Part shown: positions 1 to 9,834 of the stretch, in pieces
How the letters are laid out: every line of letters starts with the position of its first letter
Numbering within the stretch: position 1 is the stretch's first letter
NCBI GenBank assembly: GCA_963743305.1
Contig: CAVUPH010000039.1
Location: 32,001 to 96,000, forward strand
Origin: an uncultured delta proteobacterium
Lineage (GTDB): Bacteria; Desulfobacterota; RBG-13-43-22
DNA: 64,000 bases
Direction: 5' to 3'
The notes under the pieces: generated by a model
The model's input: the letters and a program-made list of their open reading frames with translations, nothing else
What the model was told of the DNA's origin: nothing
The model's database searches: none
Made by a program: the position numbers and the translations under genes

Positions 1-226
1 CGGTTTTCACCTCTTCCGGTTGAACTTGCAGATCCTGAAGGGTAATCCGGGCTTTATTTTTTTGATAATGTTTTAAAATGGCCTCATCCCCGTCTCTTTG
101 GATAGAGTGAACAATGGCCCTGGTCTCCTCGTAAATGCCGGAGATATCCTCCATGGATCGGGTAATGAGAGCGGCCCGGCGTTCGGGATTAAGGTCTTGC
201 AGTCGTTCCGGTCGAATAAATTCCAT
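1..226 (-). CDS. hisD: histidinol dehydrogenase, N-terminal part (runs off window)
   Basis: Manual translation from ATG at 226 (MEFIRPERLQDLNPERRAALITRSMEDISGIYEETRAIVHSIQRDGDEAILKHYQK) fits the HisD N-terminal I..V...GD.A pattern; AAGGAG RBS upstream. Confidence 0.65.
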   Translation of the reverse strand, partial: MEFIRPERLQDLNPERRAALITRSMEDISGIYEETRAIVHSIQRDGDEAILKHYQKNKARITLQDLQVQPEEVKT

Positions 227-292
227 AGATAATTCTTCTCCTTGGGAGTTTAGTACGAAAATAGAAAGGCTCGGTGATTATTACGGCTCTCT

Positions 293-370
293 TAAATCCC
301 CCTGAATCCCCCTTGGCTAAAGGGGGACTTCAACTCCCCCCTTTGACAAAGGGGGACGGGGGGGGATTTA
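293..370. repeat. palindromic ATCCCCC...AAAGGGGGA REP-like element
   Basis: Double hairpin ccccctt..aaaggggga; similar copies at 13539-13622 and 53439-53517. Confidence 0.75.
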
Positions 371-430
371 AATATTTCGCCGGCTATGACCGGGGAACCC
401 GTTTGGATATAATGAACCCTCGGGAGGTTG

Positions 431-976
431 TCAAGTAGAAAAGCGAGCCAGATAATCCCGCAAGGCATCCCTGGTGCTGGAAAAGGCCAAGTTCTCCCAG
501 GGAATTTCGGGGGGATGGAATAGTCCGATCTCCAAGGTTTCGTCCCCGGCTTGAGGCGCGCCGGCCAACCATTCGGCTAAATAGGCCACAATAACCACCA
601 AACTGCCGGGGTAAGAATAAATGTTCAGCAGGGAAGTAAGGCGGACCTCCATCTCGGTTTCTTCCAATGTCTCCCGGATGGCCGCCGATTCCACGGTTTC
701 ACCCCGGTCCACAAACCCTCCGGGGATGACCCATTGGCCGTAACCGGGCGAGATGGCGCGCCTAACCAGGACAATTCGATCTTCATAGATAGTCACGGTG
801 CAGGCGGCTATCTTGGGATCCAAATAATAGACAAACCCACAGCGACGGCAGACCAATCGTTCCGGTTCTTTGGGTTTTATCACCCGTTGATCCAAATCGC
901 CGCCGCATAAGGGGCAAAATCGGTAAGGGGGATGCCCCGGGTGGGGATGGACCATTCGGGGTTCTAAATCGACCAT
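431..976 (-). CDS. Nudix hydrolase with N-terminal zinc ribbon
   Basis: FCPLCG..C..CG zinc ribbon and Nudix box GGFVDRGETVESAAIRETLEET. Confidence 0.9.
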   Translation of the reverse strand: MVDLEPRMVHPHPGHPPYRFCPLCGGDLDQRVIKPKEPERLVCRRCGFVYYLDPKIAACTVTIYEDRIVLVRRAISPGYGQWVIPGGFVDRGETVESAAIRETLEETEMEVRLTSLLNIYSYPGSLVVIVAYLAEWLAGAPQAGDETLEIGLFHPPEIPWENLAFSSTRDALRDYLARFST

Positions 977-1090
977 ATTCAGCTATTCTACGGCAGACCC
1001 CCGGGGAAATAAAGACTTTTTTCTTGATTCCTGGGGCCATTCCCGTTAAATATAAAAGTTTATGTAAAGGAATTCAGGGAAGGAGCAGTT

Positions 1091-1744
1091 TTGGAAAAAG
1101 AGAAAACCTCGGGGAACGCCCCGTACAAGAAAAAATCAACAATCCGGGAATATGCCGAATCCATTGCCATTGCCATCCTATTGGCCCTGGTGATTCGGGC
1201 CTTTGTGGTCCAGGCCTTTAAAATCCCCTCCGGTTCCATGAAGCCGACCCTTCAAATCGGCGACCATATTCTGGTGAATAAGTTCATCTATGGGGTCAAG
1301 CTGCGTATTCCCTTTACCTCCCTCAACTATACCCTGATCCCGATCCGCCAACCCCAACGCAATGACGTCATTGTTTTTATTTACCCGATTGATCCTAGCA
1401 AGGACTTTATTAAACGGGTAGTCGGGCTTCCCGGGGATACGGTTCAGGTGTCTGATAAGAAGGTTTTTATCAATAATCAACCCTTTGAGGATGTTCATGG
1501 TTTCCACAGCGACCAGAATGTGATTCCTTATTTTGAGCAGCCCCGAGATTTCCTGGGTCCCATCAAAGTTCCCCCCAACAAACTGTTTGTTATGGGGGAC
1601 AACCGCGACGAAAGCTATGACAGCCGTTATTGGGGCTTCGTGGACCAAAAAGCCATTATCGGCCAGGCCTTTATTATTTACTGGTCCTGGGACCGGCTCA
1701 ATTTCGGCGTCCGCTGGAACCGCCTGGGGCGCCTGATAAAATAA
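1091..1744 (+). CDS. lepB: signal peptidase I
   Basis: PSGSMKPTL catalytic Ser, FIKRVVG catalytic Lys, GDNRDESYDSRYWG; AAGGAG RBS before TTG start. Confidence 0.96.
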   Translation: MEKEKTSGNAPYKKKSTIREYAESIAIAILLALVIRAFVVQAFKIPSGSMKPTLQIGDHILVNKFIYGVKLRIPFTSLNYTLIPIRQPQRNDVIVFIYPIDPSKDFIKRVVGLPGDTVQVSDKKVFINNQPFEDVHGFHSDQNVIPYFEQPRDFLGPIKVPPNKLFVMGDNRDESYDSRYWGFVDQKAIIGQAFIIYWSWDRLNFGVRWNRLGRLIK

Positions 1745-1974
1745 AGGTTCCTCTCCCCAGGCCATCCGGACCCCGAATTCGGACCTAAGACCTTAATTTT
1801 TTTAAAGCAGGCCCAAAACGGCTTGACTATTTTTGATTATTAGTTAATTATTAGATATTTGACCTGATCTGGCTCTTGATGTCCAACTCTCCACCAAAAA
1901 TAGTTGAATTTTTGGTGGAGCTTCTCCGACGCAAAGGAAATATGATGACCTGGGACATTATCCCGCAACCTTCC

Positions 1975-2010
1975 ACCCCCTCTCCCATCGGGCTTGAGGG
2001 GGTTTTTTTT
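1975..2010 (+). terminator. intrinsic terminator/attenuator upstream of pyrB
   Basis: Stem accccctc/gagggggt followed by a T run, ending 20 nt before the pyrB ATG. Confidence 0.75.
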
Positions 2011-2029
2011 AACCCCCGGGGGTTCCGCC

Positions 2030-2956
2030 ATGCCTTTTAGTCGCCACCACCTAACCGGGATGAAAGGGTTAACCCGGGAAGAGATCGAGACCATTCTGAC
2101 TACCGCCGAGTCTCTCAAGGAAATTTCCTTCCGGGACATAAAAAAAGTCCCTACGCTAAGGGGGAAAACGGTAGTCAATTTCTTCCATGAGCCCAGCACG
2201 CGTACGCGGACTTCCTTTGAAATCGCCGCCAAACGGCTAAGCGCCGATACAGTCAGTTTGTCCGCCGGAACAAGTTCTCTGGTCAAAGGCGAAACGTTGA
2301 TTGATACGGCTAAAAACCTGGAAGCTATGGCCCCCGATGTTATCGTGATCCGCCATTCCATGGCCGGTGCGCCGCACCTGCTCTCCCGCTCCGTCAAGGC
2401 CTCCATCATTAACGCCGGGGACGGGATGCATGAACATCCTACCCAGGCCTTACTGGACCTGATGACCATCCGGGAAAAAAAAGGGACGCTCCGGGGTCTT
2501 CAGGTGGCGATTATCGGCGATATCGCCCATAGCCGGGTCGCTCGGTCCAATATCATCGGACTGAAGACCATGGGGGCCAACGTGATGGTCGCCGGCCCTC
2601 CGACCATGATCCCTCCCCACCTCGATGCCTTCGGGGTGGAAGTCAGCTTTCAACTTGAAGAAATCATTCCCCGAGCAGATGTGATCATGATGCTGCGGGT
2701 CCAGTTGGAAAGGCAACAGCAATTGCTATTCCCCTCTTTAAGGGAATATTCCCGTTTTTTTGGGCTCAATCCCGGAAACATGAAAAAGGCGAAAAAGGAT
2801 GTCATCCTCATGCACCCCGGCCCGGTCAACCGGGGGGTGGAACTTCATCCCGATTTGGCCGATGGACCGTTTTCGGTAATACTCGACCAGGTAACCAATG
2901 GGGTGGCTGTTCGGATGGCCATGCTCTACCTGCTTTTGGGAGGTGAGCGGAAGTGA
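2030..2956 (+). CDS. pyrB: aspartate carbamoyltransferase catalytic subunit
   Basis: [21 protein letters not shown] and HPGP motifs; ATG at 2030. Confidence 0.97.
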   Translation: MPFSRHHLTGMKGLTREEIETILTTAESLKEISFRDIKKVPTLRGKTVVNFFHEPSTRTRTSFEIAAKRLSADTVSLSAGTSSLVKGETLIDTAKNLEAMAPDVIVIRHSMAGAPHLLSRSVKASIINAGDGMHEHPTQALLDLMTIREKKGTLRGLQVAIIGDIAHSRVARSNIIGLKTMGANVMVAGPPTMIPPHLDAFGVEVSFQLEEIIPRADVIMMLRVQLERQQQLLFPSLREYSRFFGLNPGNMKKAKKDVILMHPGPVNRGVELHPDLADGPFSVILDQVTNGVAVRMAMLYLLLGGERK

Positions 2957-4269
2957 AATATTTGATCAGGGGGGGGCGTCTCATCGATCCAGCCAATCAG
3001 ATGGACGACCTCATTGATATCTACATTCATAATGGAAAAATTCAGGACTTGCAACCCGCCGCCCCCAAGAGGACCGACAGAGAGCTGACTGATTATAGGA
3101 TCATCCCGGCCGAGGGGCTGGTGGTGACTCCCGGCCTGATCGATATGCATACCCATTTGCGGGAACCTGGCCAGGAATATAAAGAAACCATACTCACCGG
3201 CGCCCGGGCCGCCGTGGCGGGAGGCTTTGCCGCCGTGGCCTGCATGCCGAACACCCAGCCGGTAAATGACCAGCGTTCGGTTTGTGAATATATAGTGAGC
3301 AAGGCCAGAGAAGCCCGATTGGCTAAAATCTTTCCGGTAGGGGCCATCAGCATCGGTCTCCGCGGGGAGGCGCTGGCGGAGTATGGGGACCTCAAGGAAG
3401 GCGGAGCGGTGGCCCTTTCCGATGACGGCCGGCCGGTCATGAACGGCCAGTTGATGCGGCGGGCCATGGAATACGCCAAAGCCTTCCGTCTGCCCATCAT
3501 TTCCCATTGTGAAGACCTCCATTTAAGCCAATCCGGTGTTATGAACGAAGGACCGACCTCCACCTGGCTGGGGCTAAGGGGTATTCCGGCCGCGGCGGAG
3601 GAGACCATGGTCCAGCGGGACATCTTGCTCTGCCAGCTTACCGGCCATCCGTTGCATATTGCCCATGTAAGCACCGCCGGATCCGTTCAATTCATTCGAG
3701 AAGCCAAAAAAAAAGGGCTCCCGGTTACCGCAGAAACGGCCCCTCATTATTTCACTCTGACGGAAGAGACCTTAGTCGGTTTCGACACCCTGGCCAAGGT
3801 CAATCCCCCTTTGCGAAGCCGCGAGGATCTTCAGGCCATACAAAAGGGGTTGAAAGACGGAACTCTTGACGTCATCGCCTCCGACCACGCCCCTCACAGC
3901 TCGTTGGAGAAAGAGGTCGAATTTGAGCAGGCCTTAAGCGGCCTCGTCGGCCTGGAAACCGCCCTGCCCCTGACGCTGCAGTTGGTGCACAAGGGGCTCT
4001 TAACACTGCCCCAGGCTATCGCCAAGTTCACCACCGGACCGGCACGGGCATTGAATCTGGAAGGATGGGGGCAGCTCCAGCGGAATGGCCCCGCCCACTT
4101 GACGATATTGGATCCTACCTTGGAATTTCAGGTCGATGTCCAACAATTCCGGTCAAAGAGCAGGAATTCCCCCTTCAACGGCTTTGAATTGAAGGGCAAG
4201 GCCCTTTTAACCATGGTAGAAGGTCGAATCGTCCACAATCTGTTGTTCCAAACCATTGAGGGCTTATGA
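2953..4269 (+). CDS. pyrC: dihydroorotase
   Basis: [23 protein letters not shown]; overlaps the pyrB stop. Confidence 0.96.
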   Translation: MKYLIRGGRLIDPANQMDDLIDIYIHNGKIQDLQPAAPKRTDRELTDYRIIPAEGLVVTPGLIDMHTHLREPGQEYKETILTGARAAVAGGFAAVACMPNTQPVNDQRSVCEYIVSKAREARLAKIFPVGAISIGLRGEALAEYGDLKEGGAVALSDDGRPVMNGQLMRRAMEYAKAFRLPIISHCEDLHLSQSGVMNEGPTSTWLGLRGIPAAAEETMVQRDILLCQLTGHPLHIAHVSTAGSVQFIREAKKKGLPVTAETAPHYFTLTEETLVGFDTLAKVNPPLRSREDLQAIQKGLKDGTLDVIASDHAPHSSLEKEVEFEQALSGLVGLETALPLTLQLVHKGLLTLPQAIAKFTTGPARALNLEGWGQLQRNGPAHLTILDPTLEFQVDVQQFRSKSRNSPFNGFELKGKALLTMVEGRIVHNLLFQTIEGL

Positions 4270-5642
4270 AATCCATACTGGTTGTCGACGATGAGGCCAG
4301 CATCCGGGAAATGCTGGAGATCATGCTGGCCAAAGAGGGATACCAGGTTACCACGGCCGCCAGCGGAACCGAGGCCCTGCAAAGCTTCAAAAAATACCCC
4401 GCCGCAGTGGTCCTGACGGACATCCGGATGCGGCCCCTCGACGGGTTGGCCCTGTTAAAAGAAATAAAGAACCTCCACCCCCGGACGGAAGTGATCATGA
4501 TCTCCGCTTTTGCCGATACGGAAACCGCTGTGGAGGCCATGAACGAAGGGGCCTACGACTACTTCCCGAAACCCTTTGATATCGTCGAGCTGAAAACGGT
4601 TATCCATAGCGCCTTTTCCAAGTATGAGGGGCAGCCCGAACAGCCGACACCGGCCGGGACGCCCCTTCAATACCAGACCAAGCCCCTGATCGGTCATAGT
4701 CCTCAGATAAAGCGGGTGTCCGAATTGATTCAGCGCTCCTCCCAGGTAGTCAGCAACGTCCTGATCACCGGGGAAAGCGGCACCGGCAAGGAGTTGGTAG
4801 CCCACTTGATCCACGAAAACAGCCAGCGCCGCGAATTTCCTTTTGTCACCGTTTCTTGCGCCGGGATCCCGGAAACCTTGATCGAAAGTGAACTTTTCGG
4901 TTATCGCAAAGGGGCTTTTACCGGGGCCCAGACCAACAAAATCGGATTGGTGGAAACAGCCCAACGGGGGACCCTTTTCCTGGACGAAATCGGGGAACTT
5001 TCACCCACCATGCAGGTGAAACTATTACGCCTTCTCCAGGAAAAAAGCTTCACTCCCCTGGGCGGAACCGATGAGCGCTTGGTGGATATCCGTTTTATTT
5101 TGGCCACCAATAGAAACCTGGAAAAGGAGGTTATGGAAGGACGTTTTCGGGAAGATCTCTTTTACCGGATCAACGTGGTTTCCATCCAGCTCCCTTCGCT
5201 TCGCGAAAGGCCGGAAGATATTCCCCTCCTGGCCCACCAGTTTCTGGAAAACTATTCCCGCTCCTTAGGTAAAAAGATCAATAAAATCTCCTCCTATGCC
5301 CTGAAAGTCTTAAGTCAGTATCCCTTCCCCGGAAACGTCCGGGAACTGGAGAATATTATCGAAAGGTCGGTGGCCATGGAACGTTCCACTATCGTCCTTC
5401 CGGAAAGCCTGGCTCTGGCCACTTTCAAAGGAGTGATCGCCTCCACCGGGGAACTCCCGCAGATCACTCTGCCGGGGGAAGGCCTGGATCTCGATCAAAC
5501 CATGGATAAAATAGAAAAAAATCTTATTATCCAAGCCTTAAAGCGGGCACTGGGCAATAAGCAGCGGACTGCCAATCTATTGAAAATCAACCTTCGCTCG
5601 CTGCGCTACCGAATGATCAAACACGGATTGGAACAGGAATAA
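4266..5642 (+). CDS. sigma-54-dependent response regulator (NtrC/PilR-like)
   Basis: Receiver domain (VVDDE, TDIRM), GESGTGKE, GAFTGA, LFLDEIGE, C-terminal Fis HTH. Confidence 0.93.
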   Translation: MKSILVVDDEASIREMLEIMLAKEGYQVTTAASGTEALQSFKKYPAAVVLTDIRMRPLDGLALLKEIKNLHPRTEVIMISAFADTETAVEAMNEGAYDYFPKPFDIVELKTVIHSAFSKYEGQPEQPTPAGTPLQYQTKPLIGHSPQIKRVSELIQRSSQVVSNVLITGESGTGKELVAHLIHENSQRREFPFVTVSCAGIPETLIESELFGYRKGAFTGAQTNKIGLVETAQRGTLFLDEIGELSPTMQVKLLRLLQEKSFTPLGGTDERLVDIRFILATNRNLEKEVMEGRFREDLFYRINVVSIQLPSLRERPEDIPLLAHQFLENYSRSLGKKINKISSYALKVLSQYPFPGNVRELENIIERSVAMERSTIVLPESLALATFKGVIASTGELPQITLPGEGLDLDQTMDKIEKNLIIQALKRALGNKQRTANLLKINLRSLRYRMIKHGLEQE

Positions 5643-5645
5643 ATA

Positions 5646-6213
5646 TTGGAATCATTCATCAAAAAATATAAGCGCTCGATTACTATCCTCCTCCTCGTCG
5701 GACTGGCCTTCGGACTGGGACTTACCTGGCGCTGGCTGGAGGGGACCCCCCAATACGCCTTATATCGGATTGGGGCCAGTTTAAAAAACCGCGATTCTGA
5801 AACCTTTTTATTGTATATTGATCTGGATAGCATTCTTAAGCAACAGGTGGCTGATTCTTTTTCCACGCTGTTCAAATCCTCCAATTCAGACAGCCCCCTG
5901 GGAAAGTTATTAGGGCCCCTGGGGGAGGTTAGTATCACCTTGATACCCGGGAGTCCAGAGCGGGTTGTCCGCTCTGGCTCGGCAGGAACTGGAAAATTAT
6001 CTAAAAAACCCGAATAACCCCACCCTGCCCTCGGCTTTTTTGCTGCTTTCCGCAGCTCAATTCACTACCCGGGATGACCTCTCGTTAGTAACCTTGAAAA
6101 TGGAGGGTGATCAGCTTCGGATGGCCATGCGCAAGACCGGCGGGACTTGGCGGGTGATTGAATTTAATCCCGAGGATACCCAGCGGTTGATCAGGAAGTA
6201 TCTACTTCATTGA
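5646..6213 (+). CDS. hypothetical membrane-anchored protein (DUF2939-like), split by a frameshift near 5950
   Basis: ORFs 5646-6017 and 5965-6213 overlap and read as one protein; TM segment then TPQYAL. Confidence 0.55.
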
Positions 6214-6262
6214 GTCCGAACGTAAAGCCGGCCCTTATTCCTTCGTAACCCTCTATTCTAAG

Positions 6263-6982
6263 ATGCGACCTCTTGCCGAATATATAGAGAATCCTCAGGC
6301 GATCATTGCTTTTCTGGAAAAATTACGTAAATCCATCATCCAGATGGCGGTCGTCGTCCTAGGCTTCTCTCTGATCGGGTACGTGTTTTCTAAGGATATC
6401 CTGTCCTTTCTCCAGCGGCACACCGGGGTGACCCTGGCTTACTATGCCCTATCCGAGACTTTTTTCGCACTGTTGAGTATCGCCCTGGCCGTCAGCCTGG
6501 CGGTCAGCACGCCCTTTATTCTCTTTAAGGTCTTGTCCGCCCTGCACTCCACCTTCGACAATTTCACCAGGACCATGATGTTCAGCTTCTGGCTGGGCTC
6601 GGTTTTATTATTTTACCTGGGCGCATCTTTTTGCCTTTGGATTACCTTGCCCTACGGGACTAAATTTCTCTTGGGTTTTCAAAACCAAAACCTGGAAGCC
6701 ATCATCTCGGTTCAAAAATTTATCTCTTTCTGCCTCACTTTTATCTTCGGCTTCGGAGTCATGTTTGAGTTGCCCTTGGTCATGATCCTCTTGGGCCGAG
6801 TCGGATTAGTCAAACGGTCGGTCTTTACCCGCTACCGAAGCTATGCGGTCCTAATCATCGCCATCATTTCGGCCGTTTTAACCCCCACGCCGGATGCCTT
6901 CAACATGATGCTGATGGCCGTCCCATTGTATATCCTTTTTGAAATCGGGATTATCGGCATGAGGATCTGGGAGAGAAGTTGA
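6263..6982 (+). CDS. tatC: twin-arginine translocase subunit TatC
   Basis: Six hydrophobic segments, FELP and LTPTPD motifs. Confidence 0.9.
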   Translation: MRPLAEYIENPQAIIAFLEKLRKSIIQMAVVVLGFSLIGYVFSKDILSFLQRHTGVTLAYYALSETFFALLSIALAVSLAVSTPFILFKVLSALHSTFDNFTRTMMFSFWLGSVLLFYLGASFCLWITLPYGTKFLLGFQNQNLEAIISVQKFISFCLTFIFGFGVMFELPLVMILLGRVGLVKRSVFTRYRSYAVLIIAIISAVLTPTPDAFNMMLMAVPLYILFEIGIIGMRIWERS

Positions 6983-7016
6983 CAGGCAGGCCGGCAATAT
7001 GGTAAACAATCAATAT

Positions 7017-7104
7017 GGAGGGATGGCCGAGGGGTTTAAGGCGGCGGTCTTGAAAACCGCTTTCCTTCCGGGGAACGGGGGTTCGAATCCCTCTCCCTCC
7101 GCCA
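7017..7104 (+). tRNA. tRNA-Ser(TGA)
   Basis: Cloverleaf GGAGGGA...GTTCGAATCC...TCCCTCCGCCA, anticodon loop CTTGAAA, long variable arm. Confidence 0.96.
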
Positions 7105-7127
7105 TTCGCGCCGGTATCACCCCCCCT

Positions 7128-7163
7128 TCATGCCCAGGGCGGGCACCCGCGAAGCATGAAAAT
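7128..7163 (+). repeat. CATGCCC..GCGG..ACCCCGAAGCATGAAAA intergenic repeat
   Basis: Similar copies at about 13505, 18779, 35379 and 39029. Confidence 0.75.
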
Positions 7164-7206
7164 AAGGGAAGTGGAGGCTTTGGCTTAAGCACTAACTATT
7201 ACTAAA

Positions 7207-7299
7207 GGAGAGATGACCGAGTCGGCTGAAGGTGCTCGCCTGCTAAGCGAGTGTAGGGGGAAACCTCTACCGAGGGTTCGAATCCCTCTCTCTCCGCCA
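7207..7299 (+). tRNA. tRNA-Ser(GCT)
   Basis: Cloverleaf GGAGAGA...GTTCGAATCC...TCTCTCCGCCA, anticodon loop CTGCTAA. Confidence 0.96.
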
Positions 7300-7398
7300 T
7301 CCTTAACTTCCAAAATTTCCAACGATCGCCAATCCTCCGCATATCAAGAAACCATTCTGGCAGTTCTGGCTGAGTCCTAACGGAATCGCCAGGGGTCC

Positions 7399-7575
7399 GT
7401 CAGGATTGACGGTTTCGCAAAAAGTCGCCAGGGCTGTCATTGCGAGGAGTGAAACGACGAAGCAATCCCCAAGAATCAGCTAGTTACCATGGTGGGGATT
7501 GCTTCCCCCGGATCAAGTCCGGGGTCGCAATGACAGGTTTTTGGACTTTTTGCGAGGTTGTCAGGATTGACGGTT
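7399..7575. mobile_element. MITE-like palindromic element (TCGCAAAAAGTC...GACTTTTTGCGA ends, GTCATTGCGA...TCGCAATGAC core)
   Basis: Terminal inverted repeats and nested hairpins; near-identical inverted copy at 34372-34529; 16-bp direct repeat at 7399-7414 and 7560-7575. Confidence 0.8.
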
Positions 7576-7586
7576 GATCGTTTTTT

Positions 7587-8282
7587 TTACTTGAGGCTTT
7601 TTACTTTTTCCCGGCAGGCTTGCAGGTAAGATTGCAGTTTAGGTGGGTGGGGAGTCTGGGGATATTTATTAATAATACCCTCGAAACGTCCCAAGGCGGC
7701 CCGATAATCACCCTTTTTCAGGTAGAATTCCCCTATATAAAATTCATGGGCCACAATATTCTTTTGGGCCTCCTCTCGGTTAATCTTGGCCTGGGTGACA
7801 TATTCACTTTGCGCATGGTTTTTGATGAAGCGGTCAAATTCCTGAACGGCTAAGAGGGCCTTTGATTGGTCCCGGTCAATAGTGGGCATCTGTTTAAAAT
7901 AGCTCATGCCCTGCATGAAGACCACATAGGCGATCACCTCGTTGGTGGGATGCATCCTTTCAAATTCCTTGTAACTGGTGGCCGCCAATTCGTAGTCCTT
8001 GTTCAGATAGTAGCTGTCCGCCAATTTCAATTCAGAGAGAACGGCGTATTGACTATAGGGAAACCGGTCTTTTATTTTTTGAAAGGCTTCGGTCGCCCGC
8101 TCGTATTTTTTCAACTGATAGGCATCCAGTCCTTCTTGGATCAAGGCATCCGCGCTCTGCTCGGTTTCATCCTTGGTGGAACTGGAAAACCAGCCGCACC
8201 CTCCGGCCGACAAAAGAAAAAAACCAACCGCCAGTAAAATGAATCCGCGCCTTCCGCCAAAATAAAAAAGACTCTTTTTCAT
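7587..8282 (-). CDS. bamD: outer membrane protein assembly factor BamD
   Basis: Lipoprotein-type signal (GGC), TPR helices, RFPYS, HPTN, DRDQS, HEFYIGEFY; ATG overlaps the trxB stop. Confidence 0.9.
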   Translation of the reverse strand: MKKSLFYFGGRRGFILLAVGFFLLSAGGCGWFSSSTKDETEQSADALIQEGLDAYQLKKYERATEAFQKIKDRFPYSQYAVLSELKLADSYYLNKDYELAATSYKEFERMHPTNEVIAYVVFMQGMSYFKQMPTIDRDQSKALLAVQEFDRFIKNHAQSEYVTQAKINREEAQKNIVAHEFYIGEFYLKKGDYRAALGRFEGIINKYPQTPHPPKLQSYLQACREKVKSLK

Positions 8283-9190
8283 AAGGAACTCAGATAGTTT
8301 TCTACCGCCAGAACCGCCGTGGCCGCATCGCCTACCGCCGTGGAAATCTGCCGAACTAATTTTTGACGCGCATCCCCGGCGGCAAACACCCCGGGAATGG
8401 ACGTGGCCATAGTCTGATCGGTTGGAATAAACCCTTGGGAATCCAAAGAGATCTCCCCCCGCAACCAATGGGTATTCGGTTGAATCCCCACATAAATGAA
8501 CGTCCCCTGTACCTTTAGCGTTCGACCGCCGGAACCATCCGCATTCTTGATACGCAGGGCCTCCACCTGATCCACCCCTTCGATCGATTCCACCACGTTT
8601 TTCCAGATAGGTTCAATCTTGGGATTGGTCAGGGCCTTTTCCTGCAAGACCCGGATGGCCCGCAGTTGGTCGCGCCGATGAATCAAATAGACCTTGGTGG
8701 CGAAGCGAGTCAAATAGGCGGCTTCCTGAACGGCGCTGTCGCCTCCCCCGACTACGGCGATTTCCTGGCCCTGATAAAAAGGCCCGTCACAGGTGGCGCA
8801 ATAGGAAACCCCCCGGCCGGTCAGCCGCTCCTCCCCGGGGACCCCCAGCCGCTTGTGCATGGCCCCGGAGGCGATAATTACGGACTGGGCCTGATAGTTT
8901 TGCTGGGCCCCTTGAATGATTTTTTCCGGGCGGCTGAAATCGACCCTGGTGACTTCATCGGAAACGATCGAGAGGCCGAAACGTTCAGCCTGTTGCCGCA
9001 TGCGGTCCACCAAGTCAAAACCGGAAATGCCTTCCGGGAAACCGGGGTAATTATCCACCCAATCGGTGGACAAAACCTGCCCGCCGGGGACCAGTTTCTC
9101 GATCATCAAGGTTTTTAACTTGGCCCGACAGGCATAGAGACCGGCGGTCATCCCTGCGGGTCCTCCACCAATAATAATAACCTCGTGCAT
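8279..9190 (-). CDS. trxB: thioredoxin-disulfide reductase
   Basis: GGGPAG, GVSYCATCDG, GGGDSA, FAAGD. Confidence 0.96.
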   Translation of the reverse strand: MHEVIIIGGGPAGMTAGLYACRAKLKTLMIEKLVPGGQVLSTDWVDNYPGFPEGISGFDLVDRMRQQAERFGLSIVSDEVTRVDFSRPEKIIQGAQQNYQAQSVIIASGAMHKRLGVPGEERLTGRGVSYCATCDGPFYQGQEIAVVGGGDSAVQEAAYLTRFATKVYLIHRRDQLRAIRVLQEKALTNPKIEPIWKNVVESIEGVDQVEALRIKNADGSGGRTLKVQGTFIYVGIQPNTHWLRGEISLDSQGFIPTDQTMATSIPGVFAAGDARQKLVRQISTAVGDAATAVLAVENYLSSL

Positions 9191-9248
9191 CGAAATCCCC
9201 AACCAGGTCAAATTGAAACAGATAAGCGGCTAAACGCCCGGACAGGGG

Positions 9249-9578
9249 CTACAAAACCTTCTTTATGGCAGTCTCCAAGGTCGTTTTGGATACCGCTCCG
9301 GTAATCTGCTCGGCCACGGTACCGTTCTTGAACAGGATCAGCGTGGGGATGGCCCGGATACCGTATTGACCCGGTATTTTCGGATTTTCATCCACATTGC
9401 ATTTCCCGATCTTAATCTGGCCTTCATATTGGCCGGCCAGTTCCTCGACCACTGGCGCAATAGCGCGGCAAGGACCGCACCAAGCCGCCCAGAAATCCAC
9501 CAAAGCGGGAACGGCGGCATCTAATATTTCGATTTTGAAATTTTCATCGGTCACTTCGGTAATGTTCTTATCGGCCAT
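9249..9578 (-). CDS. trxA: thioredoxin
   Basis: WCGPC active site. Confidence 0.97.
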   Translation of the reverse strand: MADKNITEVTDENFKIEILDAAVPALVDFWAAWCGPCRAIAPVVEELAGQYEGQIKIGKCNVDENPKIPGQYGIRAIPTLILFKNGTVAEQITGAVSKTTLETAIKKVL

Positions 9579-9601
9579 ACGATCTCCCTCCTTGCCTTTC
9601 T

Positions 9602-9655
9602 AAATTATGTGGACAGTTCAATTGGCGCCCACCAATTGAACTGTCCACATAATTT
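9602..9655. repeat. perfect 24-bp inverted repeat with a 6-nt loop
   Basis: aaattatgtggacagttcaattgg-cgccca-ccaattgaactgtccacataattt. Confidence 0.9.
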
Positions 9656-9834
9656 GAGAATGGTAATCCCCTTTCCCCTATTTGTCAATAGTCCCCTTTT
9701 TTCTCTCGAAGAGAATTCGGTTCGGGGTATTCCGCTGGATTAGGGAAAGTTGACAATTCTTGTTGACAAATTTCATGAATATAATATACTTATTTGTTTA
9801 TGTATCTTAAATTCTAGTAAAAGCGTCAAAAAAA

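Noticed and set aside
1858-2010. 6S RNA or PyrR-binding leader
   Set aside because: No long closing stem with central bubble and no PyrR loop consensus recognised
6999-7205. ORFs overlapping tRNA genes (also 20206-20445)
   Set aside because: Spurious frames over structural RNA genes
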